Virus record (IMG/VR): IMGVR_UViG_3300042878_001497
Location: 96,001-160,000 of that record
Reading direction: 5' to 3' (one strand)
Length of the DNA: 64,000 nt
From: a virus
Shown: positions 10,529 to 18,480 of the stretch, piece after piece
Layout: every line of letters begins with the position of its first letter
Numbering within the stretch: the first letter of the stretch is position 1
The notes under the pieces: model-generated
Database searches by the model: none
What the model saw: the letters and a program-made list of their open reading frames with translations, nothing else
Told to the model about the DNA's origin: nothing
Program-made: the position numbers and the translations under genes

Positions 10529-11703
10529 AAATTAGCTTAATACAGCCAAGCCGTAATAATCTTAAGTACCTTAAGTGGTCTTATGAATCAATTAGAAAAA
10601 ATCAAGGAGAGCACGAGATTGAAATTTGTGTAGCTGACGATGCTAGTACAGACGGAACGTGGGCATGGTGTGTAGAGACGGAGAAAAAAGATCCTAACTT
10701 TAAATGGATTCGTAACCAAGGTCCGGAAAGATTAGGGCATACTATTTTATACGACCGTTTAATTAATAATGTAGCAACTGCAGATGTAGCGATGATCTAC
10801 CATGCTGATATGTACTTATGTCCAGGTGCTATTTCTGCTATTGAGAAACATATTAAGCCAGGTGTAATTGTATCTCTAACTCGAATTGAGCCACCACTAC
10901 ACCCTCCAGGACCAGAAAAGGTTTTAGCTAACTTTGGTACTGAGCCTGAAGAGTTTAACGAAGAGGCTTTCTTAAACTGGTATAGTAAGCTAGAGGTGCA
11001 GCAAGCTACAGAAGGTGTTTTTGCTCCCTGGGCTTTCTACCGCAAAGACTTCCAGAAGATTGGAGGACACGACCCTTTATATGCTCCGCAATCAAAAGAA
11101 GACTCCGATATTTTTAACCGCTTTCACCTAGACGGAGTTAAATTTGTGCAGACTTGGGAAGGACACGTATACCATATGACCTGCAGAGGGTCTAGGTTTA
11201 ATCCTACCTTGACAACTCCAGGTAAAAATAGTAGCGAGTGGGAAGCTCAAAATATGAGATCTACTCGTAATTTTATTCGGAAGTGGGGACATTTTGTAAA
11301 ACATGATAGTATGATGAAACCAATTGTATCTCCTAAGTACGACATTGGTATTAAAGTCACAAATTGTACCAGTGAATTATTAGAGCTTCTTGAACCCTGG
11401 TGTTCAACAATTCTGATCGATGATGAGATGCAGGTACTAACTACTCACTACTTGGATAAAGAACAGCATAACACTCAATATAATCTTGCAGAGAAAATCA
11501 AAACAACTCCGTTCGATACCTTACAAAATGAAATCATACTAACTGTGGATAAAAATACTTTTACTGAATATGACTTTCAAGTACTGCAACAGTTACCGGA
11601 GATTATCCAAATGAATGGAAACCCAGGTACATATACCGTAAGTAGTATGTCTTTAGAAATTAGTAAGATGAACGAATATCAGAATAGTTTAATTAACTTA
11701 TAG
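10525..11703 (+). CDS. glycosyltransferase family 2
   Basis: VADDASTDGT, YHADM, IGGHDPLY..EDSD, YHMTCRGSR. Paralogous to 6227..7132. Confidence 0.88.
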   Translation: MKISLIQPSRNNLKYLKWSYESIRKNQGEHEIEICVADDASTDGTWAWCVETEKKDPNFKWIRNQGPERLGHTILYDRLINNVATADVAMIYHADMYLCPGAISAIEKHIKPGVIVSLTRIEPPLHPPGPEKVLANFGTEPEEFNEEAFLNWYSKLEVQQATEGVFAPWAFYRKDFQKIGGHDPLYAPQSKEDSDIFNRFHLDGVKFVQTWEGHVYHMTCRGSRFNPTLTTPGKNSSEWEAQNMRSTRNFIRKWGHFVKHDSMMKPIVSPKYDIGIKVTNCTSELLELLEPWCSTILIDDEMQVLTTHYLDKEQHNTQYNLAEKIKTTPFDTLQNEIILTVDKNTFTEYDFQVLQQLPEIIQMNGNPGTYTVSSMSLEISKMNEYQNSLINL

Positions 11704-11707
11704 ACAA

Positions 11708-11842
11708 ATGGGCAAGATTCATTTGCAAGATCTAGACCGCTACCAGGAAGAAGCACGTCCTTACCAGCCGATCAAGACAAATAAGAAGAAAAAAGTAGGT
11801 CCTATTTATAAAAAGGACGACGATCAGTTGGATCGAAACTAA
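11708..11842 (+). CDS. small hypothetical protein (44 aa, not in ORF track)
   Basis: Hand translation MGKIHLQDLDRYQEEARPYQPIKTNKKKKVGPIYKKDDDQLDRN; fills the gap after the upstream stop. Confidence 0.5.
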   Translation: MGKIHLQDLDRYQEEARPYQPIKTNKKKKVGPIYKKDDDQLDRN

Positions 11843-11859
11843 CTTCTTCTTATATTTAA
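11803..11859 (+). promoter_or_regulatory. tandem late-type (TATTTATA, 11803) and early-type (GTTG-N20-TATATTTAA, 11827) promoters
   Basis: Both recurring motifs lie upstream of ATG 11863. Confidence 0.65.
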
Positions 11860-11862
11860 AGC

Positions 11863-12204
11863 ATGAAAGAGCTACTCTTAAAAGAAATCCAAAACGTAAT
11901 TGCTGAAGCCACTAAAGTAAACTTTAAGGGTAAGCAGTTTGTACTTAAGGTGGGTGTTAACGAAGATCCAAACAAAAAAGGAATCAAAGTACAATTCATT
12001 CCTGCTGATATGTCTCCTATCAATCCTACCGAGCAGAATGAAATTGCAATGGCATTAGCTGAAAAGCTTGATACAGGTCTTAAGCAGTACGGTATGCAAG
12101 TAGAGAGAGACAGAGAGCTTAAAGACAAATCAATCGTAGGCTTCTTCATCTACATCGAATATGTAGATAAAATTATCCGTCAAGCATTAGGAACTGGAGC
12201 TTAA
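11863..12204 (+). CDS. hypothetical protein with LxE-type leader
   Basis: Begins MKELLLKEIQNVIAEA. Confidence 0.7.
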   Translation: MKELLLKEIQNVIAEATKVNFKGKQFVLKVGVNEDPNKKGIKVQFIPADMSPINPTEQNEIAMALAEKLDTGLKQYGMQVERDRELKDKSIVGFFIYIEYVDKIIRQALGTGA

Positions 12205-12218
12205 CCTAACTTACTTTT

Positions 12219-12374
12219 ATGAAAAGATTCTCTTTCTACAGTCGAACAGATAGTAGCCAGGAGGCTATTGGATCTACTTTTACATTTAACCGCCTTGCTG
12301 CTGCTAGGTACTTTGCAGAAAGAAAACATTTACCGCTTAAGAGCTTCTTAAGCCTATTTAAAGTCACTAGATGA
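12219..12374 (+). CDS. small hypothetical protein (51 aa, not in ORF track)
   Basis: MKRFSFYSRTDSSQEAIG...LFKVTR; stop overlaps the next ATG (ATGA). Confidence 0.6.
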   Translation: MKRFSFYSRTDSSQEAIGSTFTFNRLAAARYFAERKHLPLKSFLSLFKVTR

Positions 12375-12775
12375 ATCCTAAGGAAATACTTAGACGAATA
12401 CTAAAAGAACAGTTACCTTTGAAGTACCGAATAAAAGAGGTACCTCGAAATAAAGAAGCTATGCATAAAGAATTATTTATAGAAATACTTAAGCTGTTAA
12501 AAGAAATCGACGATCGAACAGACTTTGTAGCTTCCGAAATTGGAATGGATATTGCAGCTTACGAAGATAAGTTCTTTAGAGTTATCCACAACTTAATGAG
12601 AATGACCTTTAACAGGGAACAAGTTTTTCTAATCGAGCTGTACTTGAATGAAATCGACTACAACGAAAAAGAAGAATGGGATGGATGCATCTCAGTAACT
12701 GTTGGTAAAAAAGAGCAGAAGATTGCATTCCGCACCCCAGAAGATGTTTGGGAAGCTATTCAGAAATTTAAATAA
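12371..12775 (+). CDS. hypothetical protein
   Basis: 134 aa ORF in operon. Confidence 0.7.
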   Translation: MNPKEILRRILKEQLPLKYRIKEVPRNKEAMHKELFIEILKLLKEIDDRTDFVASEIGMDIAAYEDKFFRVIHNLMRMTFNREQVFLIELYLNEIDYNEKEEWDGCISVTVGKKEQKIAFRTPEDVWEAIQKFK

Positions 12776-12777
12776 AA

Positions 12778-12810
12778 GTTGGATCCTAACCAACTTCTTG
12801 CTATCTTTAG
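12778..12810 (+). promoter_or_regulatory. early-type promoter GTTG-N20-TATCTTTAG
   Basis: Exact motif and spacing, upstream of ATG 12827. Confidence 0.8.
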
Positions 12811-12826
12811 GTAAATAAATAAAAAC

Positions 12827-13219
12827 ATGGATAAAAGGTTCTGTACTGTGTGTGGGGATGAGATTAATCCCTTGCGTGTTAAGGCTCTGCCTGAAACTAA
12901 GACTTGTATTAATCACTCTACTGTAGGAGCGAAACGAGGTCGTATTCTCACTTTAGGAGAAGGAGATCATACTTACAATGAGATTGAAATTCTTGACGAA
13001 GAAACCTACCGCAAGGTAGTAGCTATAGAGTTAGGTGTGGATCGTCTAGCAGAAGAGATGCCTGAGATTCAAAACTACGATCAAACTCTGGTTGCTGATG
13101 ATACTCGTGCATTGAAAGAGAAAGCAGAGAAGTTTTTGGATGATGAAGAAGATGTAAAACTTCTAGAAGATCCAGATGAAGTAATTGAAGACTCAGAAGA
13201 AGAAGAGGAGGAAGAATAG
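12827..13219 (+). CDS. DksA/TraR-type zinc-finger protein with acidic tail
   Basis: CTVCGDEINPLRVKALPETKTCINH fits the DksA/TraR finger pattern; poly-Glu C-terminus. Confidence 0.75.
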   Translation: MDKRFCTVCGDEINPLRVKALPETKTCINHSTVGAKRGRILTLGEGDHTYNEIEILDEETYRKVVAIELGVDRLAEEMPEIQNYDQTLVADDTRALKEKAEKFLDDEEDVKLLEDPDEVIEDSEEEEEEE

Positions 13220-13866
13220 TGGAGGAAAGAAAGAGAGGGAGACCGAGTAAGATACTCCTCAGAGAGGATATCGAGCGTGCAATCCGGATGACTAAATCCA
13301 ATAAGGCTGCCGCTCGATACCTTCACTGCTCCTTTCCTCATTACAAAAAGTACGCCAACCTCTTCAAGGCAGAAGATGGAAGGACGCTTTTTGAGACACA
13401 TCTCAATCAAGCCGGTAAAGGAGTTCCCAAGTTTCTAACAGGAAGAGCTAAACAAGCTCCTTTGAAAGAGATCTTAGACGGAACGTTCCCAGTAGAACAT
13501 TTTAAGCCAGCTAAGATCAAGGCAGCTCTAATTTCAGAAGGGTACCTAGCCGAGCAGTGTAATAGATGTGACTTTGGAGAAGCTAGATTGCTTGACGGTA
13601 AAGTACCTCTCATTCTTACTTTCAAAGATAAGAATAAACATAACTACCATCGAGATAACATCGAGCTACTTTGTTATAACTGCTCCTTTCTCTATGCTGC
13701 TTCTCCTATTTCCGATGATCAGGTAGAACAGATGGAGGATTATGTAGAGCTGCAAGTAAAAGACTATGATTGGGAGATCGATCAAGCACATATCGATCAC
13801 CTAAAGGAGTTAGGACTGTGGGAAGATAATAAAAAACCTGGTGAGGAATTTATATCTCGGCAATGA
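13219..13866 (+). CDS. HNH-fold zinc-binding protein, possibly catalytically degenerate
   Basis: CNRC...LILTFKDKNKHNYHRDNIELLCYNC; N-terminal KRGRPSK and helical region. GTG start. Confidence 0.65.
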   Translation: MEERKRGRPSKILLREDIERAIRMTKSNKAAARYLHCSFPHYKKYANLFKAEDGRTLFETHLNQAGKGVPKFLTGRAKQAPLKEILDGTFPVEHFKPAKIKAALISEGYLAEQCNRCDFGEARLLDGKVPLILTFKDKNKHNYHRDNIELLCYNCSFLYAASPISDDQVEQMEDYVELQVKDYDWEIDQAHIDHLKELGLWEDNKKPGEEFISRQ

Positions 13867-14084
13867 AAGTACCTAAGAAGCGACAAAGACCTCAGCTAGA
13901 TTCAGAGAAGAATAAACAGTTCCTACTAAAGAAGCACGCTGATAAACTTCTTGAACAGGACCAAAAAAATAAAAAGCTGTCGGAAAAGTTGCTCAATCGA
14001 GACATCTTTACTATCTTTAGTGAAGAAGAAACAAATAAAGGTTATGAGCGAGAAGAGAGGACAGACGGAGAAGATCAGATTTGA
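13863..14084 (+). CDS. small basic hypothetical protein
   Basis: 73 aa, ATGA overlap with the upstream gene; contains an internal promoter. Confidence 0.5.
   Translation: MKVPKKRQRPQLDSEKNKQFLLKKHADKLLEQDQKNKKLSEKLLNRDIFTIFSEEETNKGYEREERTDGEDQI
13988..14020 (+). promoter_or_regulatory. early-type promoter GTTG-N20-TATCTTTAG
   Basis: Followed by an A-rich leader and GGTTATG at 14044. Confidence 0.8.
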
Positions 14085-14319
14085 CTTCAATACCGCAGGT
14101 GTATTAGAGATTCAACTTCATAACGAAACCTGGTACCGAGTTACTGCTGCTACTTTCCGTGCTTACGACGGACCTCGCCGCATTACCGAGCCTCAGTTTA
14201 CTGAACGAGGTAACCCCTGGGTACCTATGCATACCTATGTATACGAAGGACCGGTATATTACTACGGCTCTAATAAGCAAGCTACCAAGCAGAATAACTA
14301 TACTACCCGACAGCTATGA
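14044..14319 (+). CDS. hypothetical protein
   Basis: Start reassigned from 13951 to the GGTTATG at 14044 (MSEKRGQ...). Confidence 0.7.
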   Translation: MSEKRGQTEKIRFDFNTAGVLEIQLHNETWYRVTAATFRAYDGPRRITEPQFTERGNPWVPMHTYVYEGPVYYYGSNKQATKQNNYTTRQL

Positions 14320-14624
14320 AACAATTTGTATTTGAATCTCCGCAAGAGTTTGATGCTTTCTTTACCGGAGAGAATCTCAAAGTAACAGAAGCAATCACTG
14401 AGGGTATTCGACTGGCTGTGCAAGCTAAGAAGAGGCATGCCGACCTATTTGAAGTTAGCTTTGAAGGAGGAGATACTGCATTTGATATCAGCCTTCCGTC
14501 TATGGAGTGGCCTCAAGCATTATCTAAATGCCTGGAGATCTATGAGCAGAAAGAGATGTACGATGATGCAATCGATACCTATCAGTTAATCAAACAGATT
14601 TCAGATGCAAGAGATCTTATCTAA
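14316..14624 (+). CDS. hypothetical protein with C-terminal UVR-like helix pair
   Basis: C-terminal YEQKEMYDDAIDTYQLI. Confidence 0.6.
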   Translation: MKQFVFESPQEFDAFFTGENLKVTEAITEGIRLAVQAKKRHADLFEVSFEGGDTAFDISLPSMEWPQALSKCLEIYEQKEMYDDAIDTYQLIKQISDARDLI

Positions 14625-14838
14625 GACTCACTCAGACGGAACTACCATTAGGTACTTTATGTCTGAAAATGGAAGGGTTATAACATCTGAAACCTCTTAC
14701 AGTAAGGGTCATAAGAGTCTCTATGAAGAGTTAGAAGAGAAGAATAAAGGACTACCTAAGACCAAACACCAGTACATGACTGATGAAGGTAAGGTGGTAG
14801 GATATCTTACTGCAAAAAAGTTAGGAATTATTACTTAG
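14605..14838 (+). CDS. hypothetical protein
   Basis: 77 aa ORF ending just before the next promoter. Confidence 0.65.
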   Translation: MQEILSKTHSDGTTIRYFMSENGRVITSETSYSKGHKSLYEELEEKNKGLPKTKHQYMTDEGKVVGYLTAKKLGIIT

Positions 14839-14842
14839 AAGA

Positions 14843-14876
14843 GTTGGAACCAACGAAGTTAGTTCCTATCTTTAAG
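14843..14876 (+). promoter_or_regulatory. early-type promoter GTTG-N20-TATCTTTAAG
   Basis: Motif and spacing; GGTTATG at 14899. Confidence 0.8.
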
Positions 14877-14898
14877 TATAATTAAAAACAAAATGGTT

Positions 14899-15720
14899 AT
14901 GATGATTTCAAACAGCAATGCAGACCGCGTAATGACAATCGAAGAGTTGAAGAAGGTAGTTCCTTTTGCCTTCATCGACAAGCCTACTCGACAGGTATCA
15001 GACAAGTACGTTCACGTACCTACTAGCCGAGTAATTGAAGACTTAACGACGATGGGATGGGAGCCAGTTCAAGCTGCTCAACGCCGAGGTCGTGCAGGTA
15101 AGACTTCTATCTTCTCTAAGCACATGATTAAGTTTCAGAACCCTAACCTCCTTATCAAAGGTGCAGAAGGTGATGATGTATTTCCTCAGATCATTCTGAC
15201 TAACTCTCACGATGGTACTCAATCATTCAAGTTTATGATGGGGCTGTATCGTCTGGTGTGCAGCAATGGATTGGTAGTAGCTGATGAGCAGTTTGCTAAC
15301 TTTAAGATCCGCCACATGGGTTACTCGTTTGAGGATCTGCAGAAGCTTATTGAGACTGCAGTGCAGGAGCTACCTAAGAAGGTTGAGGTTATCAACAAGA
15401 TGAAAGAGGTTGTGATGACGGAAGAGCAGCAGAAAGACTTTGCTTTGAAGGCTTACCTACTACGTCGTGGTATCGAACTAACCGATGAGGTTAAAGTAGA
15501 AGATGAGGTGTTGGAAGGTATTCTTTCTAGCCGCCGTAAGCAAGACGAAGGAAATGATTTGTGGTTGACTTTCAACCGAGTACAGGAAGCTATCACCCAA
15601 GGAGGCTTCAAAGGAGCATTGAATGGAGCTAAGGTACGCCAGGTACGTAAGATTCGTTCATTCGAGAAAGACTTGAAGATCAATCAAGACCTATTCGAAC
15701 TTGCTCTGCAGTATGCGTAA
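14899..15720 (+). CDS. DUF932/DUF945-family protein
   Basis: SDKYVHVPT, KHMIKF, ILTNSHDGTQSF..GLYRLVCSNGLV, IRH, DLWLTFNRVQE. Confidence 0.85.
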   Translation: MMISNSNADRVMTIEELKKVVPFAFIDKPTRQVSDKYVHVPTSRVIEDLTTMGWEPVQAAQRRGRAGKTSIFSKHMIKFQNPNLLIKGAEGDDVFPQIILTNSHDGTQSFKFMMGLYRLVCSNGLVVADEQFANFKIRHMGYSFEDLQKLIETAVQELPKKVEVINKMKEVVMTEEQQKDFALKAYLLRRGIELTDEVKVEDEVLEGILSSRRKQDEGNDLWLTFNRVQEAITQGGFKGALNGAKVRQVRKIRSFEKDLKINQDLFELALQYA

Positions 15721-15735
15721 GATCAGAGATAAGAA

Positions 15736-15787
15736 AGCTACCCCACCTGTCCGTTTCGAAAGAGACGGGCAGCTGTGGGAGGTAGTT
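15736..15787 (+). other. long RNA hairpin with GAAA tetraloop
   Basis: AGCTACC-CCAC-CTGTCCGTTTC-GAAA-GAGACGGGCAG-CT-GTGG-GA-GGTAGTT, about 22 bp including G-U pairs. Confidence 0.7.
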
Positions 15788-15869
15788 CACAAGACTTCTC
15801 AAATGGCGTACGCTGTGAGGTTGTGTAAGAAAGGTTATGCGTTCGGTGTTGTTGAAAGATTCTATGAGC

Positions 15870-16313
15870 ATGTCTAAGATTAAAGCAATTATCGATCAGA
15901 AGTTTAAACTGGTAGGCACGATGGCTACCGGGATGAAGGGTGGTGAAGAAGGTAAGAGAGGTAGAAAGGTTAACCCAAGTAAAAGACTTATCTTTAACTT
16001 CAACCCAGACCTAGCCAAAGAAGAAGATGTAGTGTATATGATGTGCGATGGAGAAGAGATTCTTTACATCGGGTATACAGCTAACTCTCTACAGCAACGC
16101 TTTGAAGGATACGACAAAGGCCGCTTTGCAAAGATGGGCGGAACTAACAAGAAGATCTTTAAGAAGATGATTGAGAACGATCACATGCTTGAGATATATT
16201 CCACAAAGGGGGATAAATTATTCTGGCATGGTGTTATTCTCTCACTAAGCAGGAGCTTGGAATACGCTTTGATTAACAAATACAGTCCAAAGTGGAACAG
16301 CAGGGTCCGGTAA
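15870..16313 (+). CDS. GIY-YIG family endonuclease
   Basis: VVYMM..ILYIGYT..LQQRF..LEYALINKYSPKWN. Start uncertain (15864 or 15870). Confidence 0.75.
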   Translation: MSKIKAIIDQKFKLVGTMATGMKGGEEGKRGRKVNPSKRLIFNFNPDLAKEEDVVYMMCDGEEILYIGYTANSLQQRFEGYDKGRFAKMGGTNKKIFKKMIENDHMLEIYSTKGDKLFWHGVILSLSRSLEYALINKYSPKWNSRVR

Positions 16314-16418
16314 GCAGGGAGGCCGAGGGGCGAGCAGGGGGCGTTTCCCTCTCTCGCACCGAAGGTGCCACGCGCATTCTCATCAAAAGCCCGCAGGGCT
16401 TGTAATCAAAACTTAACA

Positions 16419-16673
16419 ATGGCGTACGGAAGTATTAAATGGGAACCTTGGGTAGTAGTGCTTAAGGATGAAAAGAAGAGGACAGTAGAGGTTGTAAGAT
16501 TTGACAACTTCGAAGATATGATGATATGGAAGAAGTCCGAAGAAGGGACGGCTGTCCATAACATGCAGTTCCTAACAGTTGTCTCAATGACCGAGCGGTA
16601 CTATCTTCAGTTATACTCCTACGAACAGGAGGTGTGGTGGAATGAAGTCGAACATCTAATCAGAAAGCTATGA
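16419..16673 (+). CDS. hypothetical protein
   Basis: Likely ATG at 16419 after an A-rich leader; the track's GTG at 16365 lies inside a GC hairpin. Confidence 0.65.
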   Translation: MAYGSIKWEPWVVVLKDEKKRTVEVVRFDNFEDMMIWKKSEEGTAVHNMQFLTVVSMTERYYLQLYSYEQEVWWNEVEHLIRKL

Positions 16674-16804
16674 CCAAGAGAATACCTCTAGACCAGGACC
16701 CGGCCTTTCGGGACCTAAATTGGGACCTTCCTTCAATCCAGGAATGGGATAATACATTACAAGACGGACTAGAGGATGAGGAGTGGAGTGATGATGAAGA
16801 GTGA
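16670..16804 (+). CDS. small acidic protein (44 aa, not in ORF track)
   Basis: MTKRIPLDQDPAFRDLNWDLPSIQEWDNTLQDGLEDEEWSDDEE; ATGA overlap. Confidence 0.55.
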   Translation: MTKRIPLDQDPAFRDLNWDLPSIQEWDNTLQDGLEDEEWSDDEE

Positions 16805-16893
16805 AGAAAGAGAAGAGAATGGCTATGAAGATGGAGTAGATATCTTCTCAGCATACAAAAGAAAAAAGACAACCTTCAGTGAATCTTTAGAAG

Positions 16894-17157
16894 ATGATGA
16901 ATAAGATAAAATCAACACATAAGGCAGAGTTACTCGGCTACCACTGGACAGAGGCATACTCTAAAACTAGGAATACAATCTGGACAAGTACTGGGGAGGA
17001 ACATCTGGAGGCATGTCTGAGGATGGTAGAAAATTATGAGAGACTTGTGCTAGACTTTGGTCCTACCTCCCTACAAGGACGTCAAATTGCTAAAGGGACT
17101 GTTAATGATCTCCTTTCTCTCATTAAGATAAAACGTAAGTTGATTAAGAAGGGATGA
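16894..17157 (+). CDS. hypothetical protein
   Basis: 87 aa ORF. Confidence 0.65.
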   Translation: MMNKIKSTHKAELLGYHWTEAYSKTRNTIWTSTGEEHLEACLRMVENYERLVLDFGPTSLQGRQIAKGTVNDLLSLIKIKRKLIKKG

Positions 17158-17364
17158 TGTTTAGAGGAAACCGTAGCGTATATAAAGATATTTGTATAGA
17201 GTGATATAGAGATATGGAGATATAAATTGTGTGTAGACTTAAAGCAGAGAGTGAAGTTAAAGTAAAGATTCAATAGCTAGTACCTGCCTACCCCTCTTGC
17301 AACTTTTTTCTCTATAGAATTTATTAAATTTTCAACCTTAAAGTAAAGCTTTAAGTATTCAGTA

Positions 17365-17558
17365 AACCGTAGAAAAAACCGTAACCCAGAAAACCGTATG
17401 CAGATAATCCTCCTTACAATCATCAGTGCCTTAACGTACAGAAAACCGTACCTACTAGGTAACCGTAGCCAGGAAACCGTCCCAGGTAACCGTAGGGAGA
17501 CAACCGTCCAGAAAACCGTAGGAGGAAACCGTAGGGAGGGAACCGTCCAGCCAACCGT
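17365..17558. repeat. array of 12 AACCGT hexamers (13th copy at 17169)
   Basis: Copies at 17365, 17377, 17392, 17444, 17461, 17475, 17488, 17502, 17514, 17527, 17541 and 17553; mostly 12-15 bp apart. Confidence 0.9.
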
Positions 17559-17630
17559 CCGTCTAGTGATCGATCTAGAGACTGGGACAGTTAAATCAAA
17601 GCTTGAAGTTAAAGCAGAGCTTTAAGTCGG

Positions 17631-17975
17631 ATGTACGTGGTGTATGCTCTGAGGCTGGATGACTATGTAGGTGTCCGCCTCTCTCCCTCTCAGGTTATTC
17701 TTAAGGTAGGAGTGTCGATGCATGATGCGGAGTACCGCCTAGACGCTAATGAGCGCTACGAAGGTAGAAATTCCTATCGAGCGCTTTTTAAAAAAATAGA
17801 AGTACTAGGGCAGAAAAAATTTAGGACCAAGGTAGAGGCTCTAGGGTATGAGCAAGCCCTACTGCAGGAGTTAGGCAGCAAGGACCTTAGTATACAGGAG
17901 CAGGTGAAGGGAGTAACTGAGTTGAGAGTTCTGACTCCAGACCGCCTGGCAGTAGTGCATCAGTGGATGAAATAA
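17631..17975 (+). CDS. GIY-YIG/T5orf172-like small nuclease
   Basis: YVVY...LKVGVS...R...EALGYEQALL...GVTE pattern. Confidence 0.55.
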   Translation: MYVVYALRLDDYVGVRLSPSQVILKVGVSMHDAEYRLDANERYEGRNSYRALFKKIEVLGQKKFRTKVEALGYEQALLQELGSKDLSIQEQVKGVTELRVLTPDRLAVVHQWMK

Positions 17976-18080
17976 CCTTCAAGCAAAGCTTTAAGTTAAA
18001 GTAAAGCTTTAAGTCTAGAGTATAAGGTACCGGCCCGTCTACTCTTCCGCCTCTCTTCCAAGGGCAGGCCCGTCAACCAT

Positions 18081-18114
18081 CCTAAATGTACGAAAAAAAA
18101 AGTTTGTGACCAAC
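18081..18114 (-). promoter_or_regulatory. leftward early-type promoter GTTG-N20-TACATTTAGG
   Basis: Reverse-complement match with exact 20-nt spacing, back-to-back with the promoter at 18124. No ORF downstream. Confidence 0.7.
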
Positions 18115-18180
18115 TAAAAAAAAGTTGGATTGAAAAAAGTTTGTGCCTATCTTTAGGTACAATTAAAAACAACAACTGTT

Positions 18181-18426
18181 ATGGCAAACATGAGCTACTG
18201 TCGATTTGAGAATACGTATAACGATCTTTTAGATTGTTTTGAGAATATCTGGAATGAAGCTGAAAACGAAAGAGATGAAAGGTATCGTGTTCGAATGATT
18301 CGTTTCCTTAAGGAGCAGCTTAATGAGATTGAGGAACTGAATGAAGAGTTAGATTTGAATGAAGAGTTAGATAAACCCGGAATGTTTATCGATGATAAAG
18401 AATGGGAAAAAGAAATGGGTCGATAG
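18181..18426 (+). CDS. small acidic early protein
   Basis: MANMSYCRFENTYNDLLDC...; own promoter. Confidence 0.8.
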   Translation: MANMSYCRFENTYNDLLDCFENIWNEAENERDERYRVRMIRFLKEQLNEIEELNEELDLNEELDKPGMFIDDKEWEKEMGR

Positions 18427-18480
18427 TTGACTATTTTAAATATAGTTCCTATCTTTAGTAAACAAATAAAAACAACGGTT

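Larger units (their letters stand above)
17239..18013. repeat. seven semi-palindromic 18-mers, consensus TTAAAGYARAGCTTTAAG
   Basis: Copies at 17239 and 17257 (degenerate), 17338, 17591, 17609, 17978 and 17996; six are in tandem pairs. Confidence 0.85.

Noticed and set aside
1-11703. Host LPS/capsule locus, implying a prophage boundary
   Set aside because: No transport or polymerase genes, no integrase or att site, and gene packing and composition look continuous with the phage genes.
17365-17558. CRISPR or mini-CRISPR array
   Set aside because: The repeat is only 6 bp with mostly 6-11 bp spacers, far below CRISPR dimensions, and no cas genes are present.
17398-17625. 75 aa ORF in the track
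   Set aside because: It runs through the AACCGT and 18-mer repeats, and its peptide (ETV/GNRR) simply reflects the DNA repeat; probably non-coding.
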